Below, one piece after another: positions 18,701 to 30,600 of a stretch of 64,000 nucleotides of DNA. Within the stretch, counting starts at the first letter, position 1. The number at the start of each line of letters is the position of its first letter. The position numbers and the translations under genes are program-made. The notes below the pieces were generated by a model. That model worked only from the letters and a program-made list of their open reading frames with translations, made no database searches and was not told where the DNA came from. This DNA is from Prevotellaceae bacterium (GTDB taxonomy: Bacteria; Bacteroidota; Bacteroidia; Bacteroidales; Paludibacteraceae). The stretch covers positions 121,234 through 185,233 of the forward strand of contig JAISVA010000033.1 in assembly GCA_031271815.1 (NCBI GenBank), written 5' to 3'.

Positions 18701-19878
18701 TTACGGTCTTCTTCGCCGGCTTCATCTTCACCTTCACTTTTATCTTTTTTTTCTTCCTTCGTGCTTGTTTTTATGCGGATTTCGACGCGATATCCATCGT
18801 ATTCGTTCATTCTTGCCGGATCGACGGTTTTCCAGCAGACGTCATGGTCGCCGATGGAGAAGGTATCGGGAACGTGGGTGATTTCAATATCGGGCAGGTC
18901 TTCGTAGTTTTGTCCTGTTCTTGGGGTCGGCTTATACTCTTCCGGATGTTCAAATACCTCTGTGCCATAGGTAAATGAATATACTTCGCTGCACCCCCGG
19001 TTTTTAACTGCGATTGCCTGGTCGGCTAAAGTGACCGGATTTACCAGGCATACTTGCCATGCGTATCGCTGTCCATCCTCAAGCTGACCGGCGCTATTTA
19101 AAAATGTGCCGGCTGTGTTCGGAACAAATTCGATTGTGCCGAAAGTTCGATTAGTATAAATCGGGTTGCTTGATTGAGCTGCTGCATTGGGGTTTGCATT
19201 TTTCCCAACTTCATATATTTTCAGTTCGTACTCATTGGGAGCGCTTCCTGCCGGGAAATAATAGGGCATTATCCAGCTAAAGTTAATCCCCAACGGAGAG
19301 TGTATTTCAGTGATAGCTATTTCTTCGATATTTTCTGCCGCGGTCGGGTTTTCCTGGAGGTTAAGTATTTTGGCTCCATCCGACGGACGCAACAATCGTG
19401 GGGGAGCTCCTTCTTCCAAATAAGCAATTTGCTGGTATTCACGGCTGATCGGGATGTATTTATAAGCATCCAATGCCTGAAATACCAACCGGTATGCTCC
19501 TTCACTGAATTCACCGTTTTCGCGGTTATGCTTAAATATGCTTCTTAGCTCATCATGGGATAATGCCCTGTTTATGCCGGTGCTGCCAACCGTAATTGGA
19601 AGGGCCGACCGCAAAGTGAATCTTGGGGATGAACCGGTTATATCATACACTTTCATTTCTATAATGAACTCATAATCTGAATACCGCATATCACGCATCA
19701 TAACCGCAATCCGGAAACGGTTTGCCGGTATTAAGTCATACAGGTTGGTGTTGAAAGGAGGAACGACTTGTACACTCATATCAAACGGGTAGGCTTGGTT
19801 GCCTGTCTGTCCGAAAACAGCTGTTGCCGGAAGTACGGTTAAAAAGAGTGTTAGAAGAAGGGTCCGTATCTGTTTCAT
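15715..19878 (-). CDS. large secreted multidomain protein (1387 aa) with HExxH zinc-metallopeptidase-like motif and C-terminal C39/papain-like Cys-His peptidase-like domain
   Basis: Signal peptide. HELAHGIFKLEH motif in a protease-like context (VGYIFEKNGNFDDGRLVAHELAH). C-terminus has CNLTSQAMCLEMLG (C39-like Cys region) and GHLVRCEGVTEDYLIIDDPYG (C39-like His...DP.G). Starts 22 nt after the OMP gene stop, suggesting an operon. Confidence 0.65.
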   Translation of the reverse strand: MKQIRTLLLTLFLTVLPATAVFGQTGNQAYPFDMSVQVVPPFNTNLYDLIPANRFRIAVMMRDMRYSDYEFIIEMKVYDITGSSPRFTLRSALPITVGSTGINRALSHDELRSIFKHNRENGEFSEGAYRLVFQALDAYKYIPISREYQQIAYLEEGAPPRLLRPSDGAKILNLQENPTAAENIEEIAITEIHSPLGINFSWIMPYYFPAGSAPNEYELKIYEVGKNANPNAAAQSSNPIYTNRTFGTIEFVPNTAGTFLNSAGQLEDGQRYAWQVCLVNPVTLADQAIAVKNRGCSEVYSFTYGTEVFEHPEEYKPTPRTGQNYEDLPDIEITHVPDTFSIGDHDVCWKTVDPARMNEYDGYRVEIRIKTSTKEEKKDKSEGEDEAGEEDRNPNGIIFDAGKGEGELNDCNDTEGWTQINGDDRRVIIPPTENSDTGESSENSTGSITGESSDGSEVIIVEDPYVLCRTLSNLQYRTTYEVRIQGYKITSTEDDITQNDIAYGKCDIREFWISDTIDNKCGDPLVPLKSATAKTGVKTGDRFSANGYEVIIDSLAPNTGETYTGTGYIRFPFVSIYSLKVKFENIKINDENELLEGTVVTEYNKSKELVLDLNRLLGSGYGGGSQDNVAEPAYSDEGNKTLETAANEKTNGDWFTITEDGKTNMYIKNADGTAQKIGTVETKAFNNNNSIDAGAKVEFSSTDASILFDNDKFEFRNSGVINCYTDMGSISKPYIIPWVAMNPGRTGTLDATIKSGNPTNIEYIIVLDENEGKVLVLDTPADGKVTIPGSATAQETTEVLAIANVPGKDDKQVVGKLNIANYAPQERKLVLVPTGYRAPSINGTSIKNQLDAIYKPLGITFTVEVDESFGSEEEFDLSGMTDKSFWGNESDEMKRIRLMYKTQRPNKIVNDKAYLFVIGVNSDFQVQGDMPRGKSVGYIFEKNGNFDDGRLVAHELAHGIFKLEHVFSGVYGITQQGQTNNLLDYTTGEDNRHLMYWQWQAIRNGQLTWNFLEGDEASQSIFTPIGIVEQLHEENSKDVVASLTLNLTNDNKRDFTCLATNVSFIVKQFTNGREHDEMRDGMYPTLTVNPSILTKREEGLPPVVNTIYTFYQVGLPAFDQNNYFEISVNSKNAPLFEHYVFGKELTLTVADIAATRTRIAAITDSIEREDLYLELQKTVPYHNQRDNEILGDQYDNGYSTYTDDREGKTIGDVMCNLTSQAMCLEMLGVGIEDACPDSEFTQLEDCLEQIKRDLGYGKVGSNNAREYGYIRQAIANSLNLNIQQDNVSNPNMEKSNLKPYIENLLKQGYGVMFSLKGHLVRCEGVTEDYLIIDDPYGKQQQLCPRKWGGQTNGKTSSIGQLGENSQWKWDDLCTCQISYIEWYYIDE

Positions 19879-19899
19879 CTTTGCTTGTTTTTTGTATAT

Positions 19900-21636
19900 T
19901 TAAAAACTTACCCGGTAAGTCAGTGATGTTAAAAATTCATATTTACTTCTGTTCCGGTTACTCTGGCTTTGTGTATCGCCAAAATGATTGGTGTAGTTGA
20001 CGCTGAGCGAAAAACCGTGCCTGCCGAATTTCTCGTTGATGGCTTTTACCTGATAACTCATGGAGAGTGAGGTGTTGAGCAGTGAGCCTGAACGCACGCC
20101 ATCCGTGGTATTTTCGTTGTATGAGCAGGATAGGTTAGCGGAGAGGCTTTTCCTGAAAATTTTGTTGACGGATATTCCCGGTCCCCAAAAGAATGAGTCG
20201 AAATTGTCGGCATTACAGGCATTTGCGCTGATGTATGCCGACCAGCCGGATGCCCACGGTTGTATTTGCTCCGAGAAAGAGAGCGTGCCCGACAGGTATT
20301 CATTGAACGAGGTGCGCCTGTCATTTGCCTGCGAGTTCCCGTTTTGAAACGAACCGTTTACCGAGAGCATGTTTACTATGGCCTCTTTTCCGAAGGTGTA
20401 AGATACGTTTGCGTCAAATGACTGCGACACCTGGTAGAAGTTCAGCGAGTCAAGCTCATCGGTGTAAAACGGATAGTTGTTGGGATTGATGCGTGTGTAG
20501 CTCGAAAAGTTGGAGTAGTTGAAACCGGCATTCCATGCTTTGCCCGATGTGTAGTTGATGCTTCCCGAGCCGACTATCCGTTGGGTGTTGTTCGCCAGTT
20601 TATCGTTGAGATTGTTGTATTCCAGCCCGATGTTTCCCGCGAGGGAAATTTTCCCTTTGAAAAGCCTTACGTTGGGCGCCAGTGTAAAGTTTTCCAGGTC
20701 GTTCGTAAAATAATACCCGCCGAGGGTTTCATAGTTGGGAGCTACGCGTTCGTACCGGAAGGCAAGTCCCCATACCTGGTTTTGGTACCCAAGTGAAGCG
20801 TTGATGGCGTCCACAAACTTGTCTGAAGTTTGCTCGCCCAGCATGCGACCCAGGAGGTTGCTTGTTTTCACTTTCTCGCCATCGCGGTTCCTGATTTCGG
20901 AGTTATAAACCGAGAATGCGTATTCTGCCTGTGCGTAAAAATATTTCAGGAAGCTTTTTTTGACGTTCATTGAGATGGCTGTGTTCTGTTTCGGGTGCAG
21001 ATATACTTCGTCCGGAAAACTGTATTGAAGTGATCCGGGGTGGTCTTTTCCTGTGAAGAAGGAGGCTTCGTAAGCGTCGCCTTTGTCCGAGTAACCCACT
21101 TTGGCGGCATAGCCTGTGCGGCGGTAGCTGATGGAGTGGAGGTTGCTGGCAGCCGGGTCGTATTCGATCGCCTTCAGCAATCGCCCATACATGGCGCCGA
21201 TATACCATTTGCCGGGTGTCAGTTCAACCCCAGCTCCGTCAAACTGATGACCGGCAAGCGTGTATTTGGAGAAATTCATTGACGAGCTTCCCAGGTGCAG
21301 CCTTACCCATTTATACGAGGGCGCCAGTTTAAACCGGTTGAACGGTTGCGTATAGCTCTTGTTCGTGTTGCTGTACGAAAACGAGAATGGCGCGCTGATG
21401 CCCCAAAGGTTGATATCTAAATTCCCGTTCAAGTAAAAAGCGTATGGGTCGCGATGTATAAATTCGCTGTTTCCCTTATAGAAGGTGTTGGCAAAACTCA
21501 ATCCGCCGCCTACTTTCAGCCCTTTCTTGAAATTCAGTCCGTCTAATTGCTGTGAGGTGGAAGTTACCTGCGCCGTGAGCGATGCCAGGCATCCCCACCA
21601 GAGCGCGATGATAAGCCACGTTTTTTTATTGTTCAT
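19900..21636 (-). CDS. outer-membrane beta-barrel protein (578 aa) downstream of the giant adhesin, candidate secretion/anchoring partner
   Basis: Signal peptide MNNKKTWLIIALWWGCLASLTAQ. Alternating beta-strand pattern rich in Y/N/S/G. C-terminal aromatic residue (…YRVSF). Starts 21 nt after the adhesin stop. Confidence 0.6.
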   Translation of the reverse strand: MNNKKTWLIIALWWGCLASLTAQVTSTSQQLDGLNFKKGLKVGGGLSFANTFYKGNSEFIHRDPYAFYLNGNLDINLWGISAPFSFSYSNTNKSYTQPFNRFKLAPSYKWVRLHLGSSSMNFSKYTLAGHQFDGAGVELTPGKWYIGAMYGRLLKAIEYDPAASNLHSISYRRTGYAAKVGYSDKGDAYEASFFTGKDHPGSLQYSFPDEVYLHPKQNTAISMNVKKSFLKYFYAQAEYAFSVYNSEIRNRDGEKVKTSNLLGRMLGEQTSDKFVDAINASLGYQNQVWGLAFRYERVAPNYETLGGYYFTNDLENFTLAPNVRLFKGKISLAGNIGLEYNNLNDKLANNTQRIVGSGSINYTSGKAWNAGFNYSNFSSYTRINPNNYPFYTDELDSLNFYQVSQSFDANVSYTFGKEAIVNMLSVNGSFQNGNSQANDRRTSFNEYLSGTLSFSEQIQPWASGWSAYISANACNADNFDSFFWGPGISVNKIFRKSLSANLSCSYNENTTDGVRSGSLLNTSLSMSYQVKAINEKFGRHGFSLSVNYTNHFGDTQSQSNRNRSKYEFLTSLTYRVSF

Positions 21637-21656
21637 TATTATTATAAAATCTATCT

Positions 21657-24600
21657 TTACTTTATTACCATTACTTTCCCGGCAGCAGCATCTCGCTCGG
21701 TGCTTACCGTGACGATGATGATTTGCGAATTCTGATTATCCGCGTTCGATAGCATGTTCTTATTCAGTTTGTGCGTTATTTTAAACTCGTCTTTTCCGGA
21801 AGGAGATATTCTGCTGTCGGTTGCTTCAATTACCATCGGACTGCTTAATTCAAAACCTAATTCGTTATACACTCTTATTGTATGTTTTACTTTGAAACCG
21901 AACGTAACGGTAACGTTTAACTCTTCGTCATCTAATATCCAAGGGTTTGGGCTAAATGTAACATCCAGGATGTCGCGTTTGTGCATATCGGTATATTCAT
22001 AGAGCTGATCGTCTCCGTTTTTAATCAAGAGCGGTACGATTGTGTAGCCGTTTGCGTCTTTTAATCTGTATACACATCCTTCAACAACAGAGGTCATACC
22101 GACATAGTGCGGATAGGAATCCAACCAGGTCAACGGCGTACCCGAAGCAGTTGTTTTACCGGGTTTTCTATCGGCTAATTGCTTGGAAAGTATGGTATCG
22201 CCGAAAGAGATAAACTCGGTTTTATTCCAGTTCAGTACCGGATCGTTCAGTTTGAAATTTGTTTTGAAAAAGCTGTCATCAATGTCTTTTGTCTCTTTTC
22301 TTCCCGGCAATGCTTCGATTTCGTTTGCCAGTTTTTCCAGGTCGGATTTACTCGTAATGTTATAAGCGTACAACCGTTTGTCGTCCTGCTTCATGGTAGA
22401 GTCGATTTCTGTTCCTTCCGCATTTTTATAGAACTCGTAAAAAACTTGAATTTTGCTTGCGTAATCGGCAAATTTCTCTTTGTTTTCGGGTGTGGTCAGG
22501 TCAAATTCGGTTTCGACACCGTTTTCCGTATATCTGTAAGTTGACATGTCAATCATTAACAGGACATCATCGTTATACCGGTTGGTAGAGGCGATGAATT
22601 TTAAGTCCGCCGTAATGCCTCGATCTTTCAATCCGACATTCGCTATATAGTCAACACATCCGTTATCATCTTTTACGTGATATGTGTATGTTGGATTTTT
22701 ATCATTTGGAACTTTTTTATAAATCTCACTGTTATAATCACCATTGATATCAAAACCACTGTTATCGCCTGTAATTCTATACTGATAAGGTTTTACTCCA
22801 CCCGATACTTTTGTGGCAAATATATTACCGGATAGCTGTTCGCCGCCCAGGCAAACCGCTGATCCTTCGGCAAGAACGGTCAACTTTTCCGGCTGGTTGA
22901 TTTCAAATTCGATATATTGCGTGCAATGTTTATTGTTTTCTATCTGAATAAGTTGTTTTCCTGCTTTTAATCCACTGAATGTGTAATATACATAATTATC
23001 ATATATATCATTCTCTTTATGATATATATCGTGGCTGTATGATGTTAATTCAGTCCAGAAGTCCTCTCTTTGTAATTCCTCATGTAACGGTACGGATGTA
23101 TTTCTCAGGGCATGGTAGAATGTGTAATCTCCATTATCTTTTACCCAAACTTCAATTTCACCGTTGTTACCATCGTAGCACATTACATCCTGGAGTGATT
23201 TTCTGGCAAGAGTTATCATATCCCGTTCGTCCTGCATGGTAACTTCGATGTAGGCACCGCAACCGGTTTGGTCATACACAAAATACCCGTGTTTGCCGAG
23301 TGTATCCATGAAGGCAACTTTGGTGAAATCAGTACCGTCGGTATTGTCACCCGCAATAAATTCGCCGGCTTCGATTGGTTTAAGGTTTCCTATGACGGTG
23401 GTATCTTCCAATTCCTGACGATCAAAGAAAATGTCTTCTACCACTTCCGGATGTCCTTTAAACATTTCGTACCGGTAAGGAACGGTTCCGCCCGTAACGC
23501 CCAACCTGACTTCTAACATCGTGTCGTTCGGACATTTGGCTATGATTGTTTTCGTGTCGAGAAGTGAAAGCTTGATGTTGTTGTCTGCGAATGAGATTGG
23601 CGCCGGGTGTTTAACCATACAGCCATATCCATCCATGACATACAGGTAATACTCGCCTGCAGACAGGATGCTGCTGGTAAATGTACCATTGTGTATTATT
23701 TTACCGTCCCTTCCGGTAGAGTCTTCCAACGAAACCTCACCGCCGGTGTAAAGGAATGGGAGTTTATTTTTGACTTCGTTATTATTCTCATCATCTTCTT
23801 CCTTCTCGTTGTTGGTAAGCGAGTAGTTATATCCGCCCCAGCCGCCGCTTACATTGACTTTTATCTGTCTTGCTTTCGGATCGCAAACTGCCGAAACGGC
23901 ATCGAACGTAACCGCATCAATTTTTAAGCTTTGTGTCGGATTTTCTATTTTAAAGGATTTTGAATACACGCAAGGATCTCCTGCGGCATCAATACAACGC
24001 GGTTCGTTTGATTTAAAGGTATAATAGTAATTTCCTACCGGTAGATTACCCAATGTGATGCCTCCAACGGCATGATATTCAATTTCCTCCCTGTTTTCAT
24101 CTCTTTCCGTAAAAGAGTAATCCGGCAGATGGCTAATATGATATACGGGATCTGTAATTTTTGCGCCGCTTTCATCATAATAAGCATACAGCAGATCGTG
24201 TATGGATTCGGTAGTTGCAGTTTCCGGATCGATGGATTTTTCATCAACTCCTTGCCGGTGTGCATATACCGGATGTATCCGCGTACCATCTTCTTTGTAC
24301 CATTCGAGCTCTTTGAAATCAAGCAATATCTCATGCAATTTATACGACATGCTTTCCTGGTTTTCCATTAGCATCAATCCTTCGACCTCGACCTCTTCGC
24401 CCTGTTTAATAACGGTTGTCATTTTAAGCTCATAATAGGTGTACCGGTCTCCATTTTTTGTCATGTAATACCTTATTTTGGAGTTGCGGGTCGGCAGGAT
24501 CGTAATCATACCGTCATCTACTCCCTCGCAGGAAACCGGCAGGATCTCTTCTTTGTAATGAAGCGGTTCCGGTCCGCGGATGGTGATATTGAGTTTAGCC

Positions 24601-27600
24601 GTATCTCTGCATCCGTCAAGCGTACTTCTGTAAATTACCGGATATGTGCCGGCTGTCAGGTTGCTTTTAGTGAAACTGTTTCCATTCTGTTCGGCATCGG
24701 TTAATTCAAAATATTTCAGTTCGGAATCCGTTACCGTGTAGGTACGTGTTTTTTCTACTTCAACCAAAATGGTTTCGATGACTGTTTCTGTTACAAAGTT
24801 TCCATCTTCATCCAGTTTAGGAAACTGCTCGGTTATTACATTACCGTTCTCATCAAGCAGAGGGTCGCCGTTTTCATCCAGTACAGGATCACCATCCTCA
24901 TATACGATCACTTCTCGTTCTACCTCTTGTTCTTCGTATTCCGTATATGTTTCGGTTACTTCTCTTTGGGTGGTAATTATTTTACCGTATTCGACCACCG
25001 AAGCATCCGGATTCCCGCCACTGAATGTAAATGTGTATTTCCCGTAATCGTATGGCTCGCATGGAACAAAGAGAATAGAGCCCGGTCTGTTTTCATCCAG
25101 TGTCAGCGTGTAAGGATCAATGCCTTTAAAGTTAATTCTCCTTTCGATTTCTTGCTTATTACATTCATCGGTAATATACAGGGTGAAATAACCGTTTGTT
25201 CTGCCGGTAAACTTGAAATGGGCTTCCTGATTTTCTACGTCAGCCGCGGTTTGCGTTAACATATACGGACGTATTTGTTCGGTTTGCGTTATTATTCCGG
25301 ACAAATCATCAGCGTGGTGGCGAAGCACGGCTGTATGTGTGCCTGCCCAGCCTGAAACGCTGAATGTGATTTCTCCGTTTGCAGGAATAAGACAGGTCGG
25401 CGTTACTGTTACAATATCTTTTGACAATTCCAGTGATTTCAACGCTTTTATTTCATTGTCCTCAAATGTTTTTGCATAGTTGTTAAGCGTACATTCGCCT
25501 ACATGATATGAAACGGTAATGTTGTACTTGCCCGGAGCAAGGTTGTTTTGTACCAGGTAGCCAGAGGTTGCCGACGATCGGACAGTCCAGGTTTCCGTTG
25601 AACCGGTTTTTTCGATTATCATCTCGACTGATTCGTTCACTCCGCTTGAATATCTTACGCTGATGCTTCCGTTATTTCCCTGATAGCAGGATTCATGTTT
25701 TATGACCGGATTGCTTACGGTTAATTCAGGCAGATTTGATTCGTATCGTAGTCCTATTTCTGTTGTTTCGGAGATTGTACAGCCGTTATCATCGGTAATT
25801 TCGCAGGTGTACGTACCCATGCCGAGCGGTTGGCCTGATTGATAATTAATGATTACGCGCTCTTCGGGCGATGGGCCTTCCCGGTACCAGGTTGAAGTGT
25901 GAGCGCCTGTTCCACCGTTTATCACGATGTCAATTTTTCCGTCGGCCACTTCCGGACAAAGTACGCCTTTGGCGGTGAGGGTGGCGGTTAATTTTGGCGG
26001 TTGGATAATGGCTTGACTGCGGCTTAATGCACTGCTTACTTCACATGCTTCGGCTCCGAGGAATGAGATCCATGCACGGTAGTTTCCGGCAGGCAACGAC
26101 TTGAAGGTATGTTCACCGGAAAGCAAAGCGGACATCTTTTTGTATGTTACCAATGTGCCTGTTTCCTGAAGGTTCATCATTACTTCCTGCTCGTAGGTAT
26201 TGCCGGAGTATGCTATTTTTACAGTTCCTTTTTCTTCACCGTGACAAAGAATGCCGCTGCTTGTGAATACGGCTTCTTCCAGTTGCAGTGCGCCTTCTTC
26301 CGACACATTGCGTACCGGTACGGTAAATTCTTTGGTGTACTCACATAAGTTCCCGTCGGTTACTTTCAGTGTGTAGTTTTTCGCACTTACCCGGATGAAG
26401 TCTTCGTCCGGTAACGGTGAAACCCGGACTCCGGCATCCAGCCATTGGTAGGTGTGTGGCGTTTTTCCACCGCTTATTGTAACATTTGATAAACGTCCGT
26501 CGGATGCAGTTCCGCAAGAGGCTCCGATGACATTGGCATCGGCCGTTACAGGTTGATACGGTACGTTTATCGTAACCGTTTGATCCTGATTTCCGTTAAG
26601 CGCACAGCTTTCGGCGCCGGTGTAATAAATCTGGATGCGGTATTCACCTCCGGCTAAATTATTCAGTGCGAGGTTGCCTGATTCTTCGTAGCGTATTCCG
26701 TCCATACCTGCCAAAAGTTCTTGCCCATCGTGCATTACGGAGATGGTAACGCTTGCTAAATCCGCGTTTCCGGAGAACGGAAAGTTCAGAGTGCCGCTGT
26801 TGATGCCGGCACAAAGGATTTCATTGTAATCAATGGTTCCCAATACAAGGTTGTTGCCTTCGGGACGAACATCAATTTCCAGATTGTCTTTTTCTATGAT
26901 ACAGCCGTAGAAATCTACAACACGACCGGTATAGATTCCTTTTCCGGTAAAGCCGTTTCTTTGCGTATTTGTTTTTGTGAAGCCGTCTTCTCCCTCTTTT
27001 CTCCATTCGTAGTGGTATGGCGCTGTTCCTCCCGATACATTCGTTGCTTCAATAAACCCGTCTTTTGCCTCCTCGCAAGTAACGCCACGGGTGTTGAAAT
27101 CGGCTGTCAACGGCTCTACATTTTCGATGTTGACCGTTTGAGCATTACTTTCATCGACTTCGCAACCCGATTCGGAGTAGCGGATGTGAATGGTATATTC
27201 TCCAACGCCAAGGTTGTCGAAAGAGACGCTTCCGTTTGCCTCTGAACTGTGTTCTATTTTTGTTTCGCTGCCGAAAGTCAATAAAACATCAAGTGGTTTT
27301 TCCAGCGTATTTCCGGTAAATGGTACGGTTATCGTTTTGTTTGCTTCATTGGAGCATCTGTCGCCGGAAACAATCGCTTCGGAGATTGATGGACCGGTAC
27401 CTTTGTCTGTTCTTTCGCTTACAGTTAATATTTCGGAGTCGAACGTACAGTTGTTTATATCGGTGATGGTAACTGAGTATTCGCCGGCTTCCAGATTAGA
27501 CAATACGTCGGTATTTCCGCCTGCCGGATTTTGCGCTGCGTCTTTCCATGCAAAAGAGAATGGTGCGGTTCCTCCCGTTGGAATAACGGTTATCTGTCCG

Positions 27601-30600
27601 TCTTTTGAGCTTCCGCAAAGCGTTCCGGTAATGTTGAATTGAGCTTGCAGCAATTCCGGTTGTGAAACTGTTCCGGTTCCGTTCCAGGCGCACACTTCGG
27701 CTCCGTCATAATACAGGCGTATTGGGTAGTTGCCGGCAGGGAGATTTTTGAATACAAAGCTGCCGGAAAGATCCGTTGATTTTTTGACGATTAATTCGTC
27801 ACCAACGAATGTTTCCATGTAAACTTGTTGGTTAGATGTATTTTCGGAGAAGGTAATGGTTAATTTTCCGTCGGCAGAGTCAACACATTTCGTATTTTCA
27901 GCTATTATTTCGCCAACAGATAATCCGCTTACCGGAATAATTGCCGGCAGGATTGTTTGACATTCGTTGAAATCGGTTACCAGAATAGCATAGTTACCGG
28001 CATGGATATTTTCCAGTGTCGGAGATTGCTCATTTTCGATCGGTTGTTTGTCGGCATTAAGCCATTGGTAGGTGTATGGAGCTATTCCGCCCGATACATT
28101 CGCCTTAACTGCTCCATCGGCAACCAAACCGCAGGAAGCTGCGATGTAATCAAAAACTGCCGAAACAGGTGCAGGGGCAAGGATGTATTCTGTTTTGTTC
28201 CGGCCGGCTCCCGGTTCACAATCTCCGGCTCCCGTGAAATAAATCCGGATTTGGTATTCGCCTGCCGGTAAGTTTTCAAAAAGCAGGCTTCCTTCGATTC
28301 CGGTACCGGTTTTTGTTCGTACGGTTTCGCCCGAAGAGATGGCAATCGTGATTTCCTGCTCATCCGCGTTTCCGGTGTAATGAATGTTTAATTTTCCGTC
28401 CGTATCTCCGTCACAAGCTAATACGGATGGTTCGATTTGAGATATTTTTAATCCGTTTTCACTGTTTTCTTCGTGTACGCCGATTTCGATGCCGGTTGTT
28501 TCGAATTCACAGTCGCCGGCATCTATAACCAAGCTGCTGTATGTTCCCGTTTCCAGTCCGCCGGATCTTTTTTTTCCTTCTGCGCTGTATTCCGCTTCAC
28601 TCTCTTTTTTCCAGAAGTAGCGGTATGGTGCCTGTCCGCCGGATACGTCAGCAGCTTCGATAAATCCGTCGGAAGCGCCGTCGCAGGTAACGCCTTTGCT
28701 TGTAATTACTGCGTTCAGTTCGTTAACGGTTGCAATGGTAACAGTTTTTTGTGTGCCGGCATCCGACAGGCATCCGTCAGCGGTGTAGCGAATGTCGATG
28801 GTATAATCGCCAGCTCCAAGTCCGTCGAATATGACTTTTCCCGATTCTTCGATGCTTGCTCCGGTTTTTTCAACAGATCCGTAAGTCAATACAACGGTGA
28901 CATCTTCTTCAAATTCGTTCCCGGAGAAAGGGATGGAGATTTCCTTATCTTCCGTGTTTTTGCACATATCGCCTGCAACTACCGGTTCGCCGAGCTGCAA
29001 TTCTGTGGTGCGTGTGCGTGTGTCAACCGTCGCTTTTGCTTCGGTGAAGCAGTCGTTTCCGTCAATCAGGATAAAGATGTAGTTGCCTGCTCCTATGTCT
29101 GTCAGCAGCGCGGAGTTGTTTTCGAGCAGGTCCGTCTCTCCCGTCTCTTCAATTCTTTTCCACTTGTACCGGTATGTTCCTTCGCCTGCGACGCTTGCCT
29201 CTATTTGCCCGTCTGAGGAAAGCAGGCAGGTTGTTGGGGTTGGGATGAGTTCGATGTTGATGTTGTTCAGGTCGGACGGTATTAAGCCGACTGTTTCTTC
29301 CGCGTAGCTGGAACAACCGTCCTCACCCTCAATTTCATAACGGATCGTTGCCTGGCTTCCTTCAACGGAAGACGGGACAAACAGTCCGTCTGTGATTACT
29401 TCGCCGTTTACCTTGAATATTCCGTTTCCCGGTGTCCCGGTTAGCTCTACAGGCGCTGCGTTTGAACAGAATGAGGAGCCTTCCAAGCCGCTGAACGAAA
29501 TTTCACTGTTGCCCGAGATATCGAATGTCTTGCTTATCACCGTCTTCGTTCCGCATTTATCGGTCACCGTCAATGAAACAGGTAATTCCTTAATGGTGGT
29601 AAGTACCCGGGCTAAGACTCCGGTTGAATTGTTTTCGCTTGCCAGTTCCATATCGTTGCCGTTGCCCGTTTCAAAACTCCAAAAGTATGAGTAATCCGAG
29701 ACTATGTCTTCGGGCATTCCGTCTAGTTGGATGTTCAACACATCGCCACGGCAAAGAGCGCCTTCACCGGCTTTGAGCGAAAGCTCAATACCTTCCGGCT
29801 GCTCGCATTTGAGCTCGTAGGCACCGATGGCTGTCAACTCATTTCGCTCTACGCCGCGCTGGTCGGTTGTAACGGTTGTTTCGGCTAACGGCAGGCTGTT
29901 GACGAGCTTGTCGCCAGGTAAAATGGTGCTTGTGAGGGCAACAGTTGGGGTGAATCCGCCGTTGTCTTTTAATTCGGGGTTGAAAAGACCGGTGGTTTCG
30001 TCGTAGACGCCTTCTAATAATAAATATGGATCAATGCCAAGTATGAGGTCTTCGTACATTTCGGAGATAGGTCTTTCCGTGGTTGTACACCCGGCATATA
30101 GAGCATTGAAGTCGGCAAGAGAGAAATTTTCCGGTTCTACGAATATGTTGGTTTCGGTTGTTTTTGGCTGGTAAAAGCAAGTCTCTAAGTTGTCTATATA
30201 GATTGGCATTATATTGTACTCAACAATTGAGCCGACTTTTTTTAAGAAATTTCTTGTTTCTGTTTTGTTTCCAATTATAATATTACCGATTATTTTGTCA
30301 AAATATACACTTAAGACGTTTTCACTAAATGTATTCCCCATGATAGTGTTGTTAATAAATATACTGCCTGTAGCGCTACCAGCATTTAATAACGTAGTTC
30401 CTTCATTTTCTGCGAAAGTATTGTTGGTGAAAGCAAATGCAGTTCTATTTCCTTGAATCAAAGCGGAACTGACCGTATTATTATAAAAAGAGCAATTAGA
30501 GATTACTCCACCTTCACAAGATATAATATTCCTTCCGCTCGCCCTGCTGAATATGCAATTATCTATATTTGTTTCTCCCATATAATTGAACAGATGTTCT

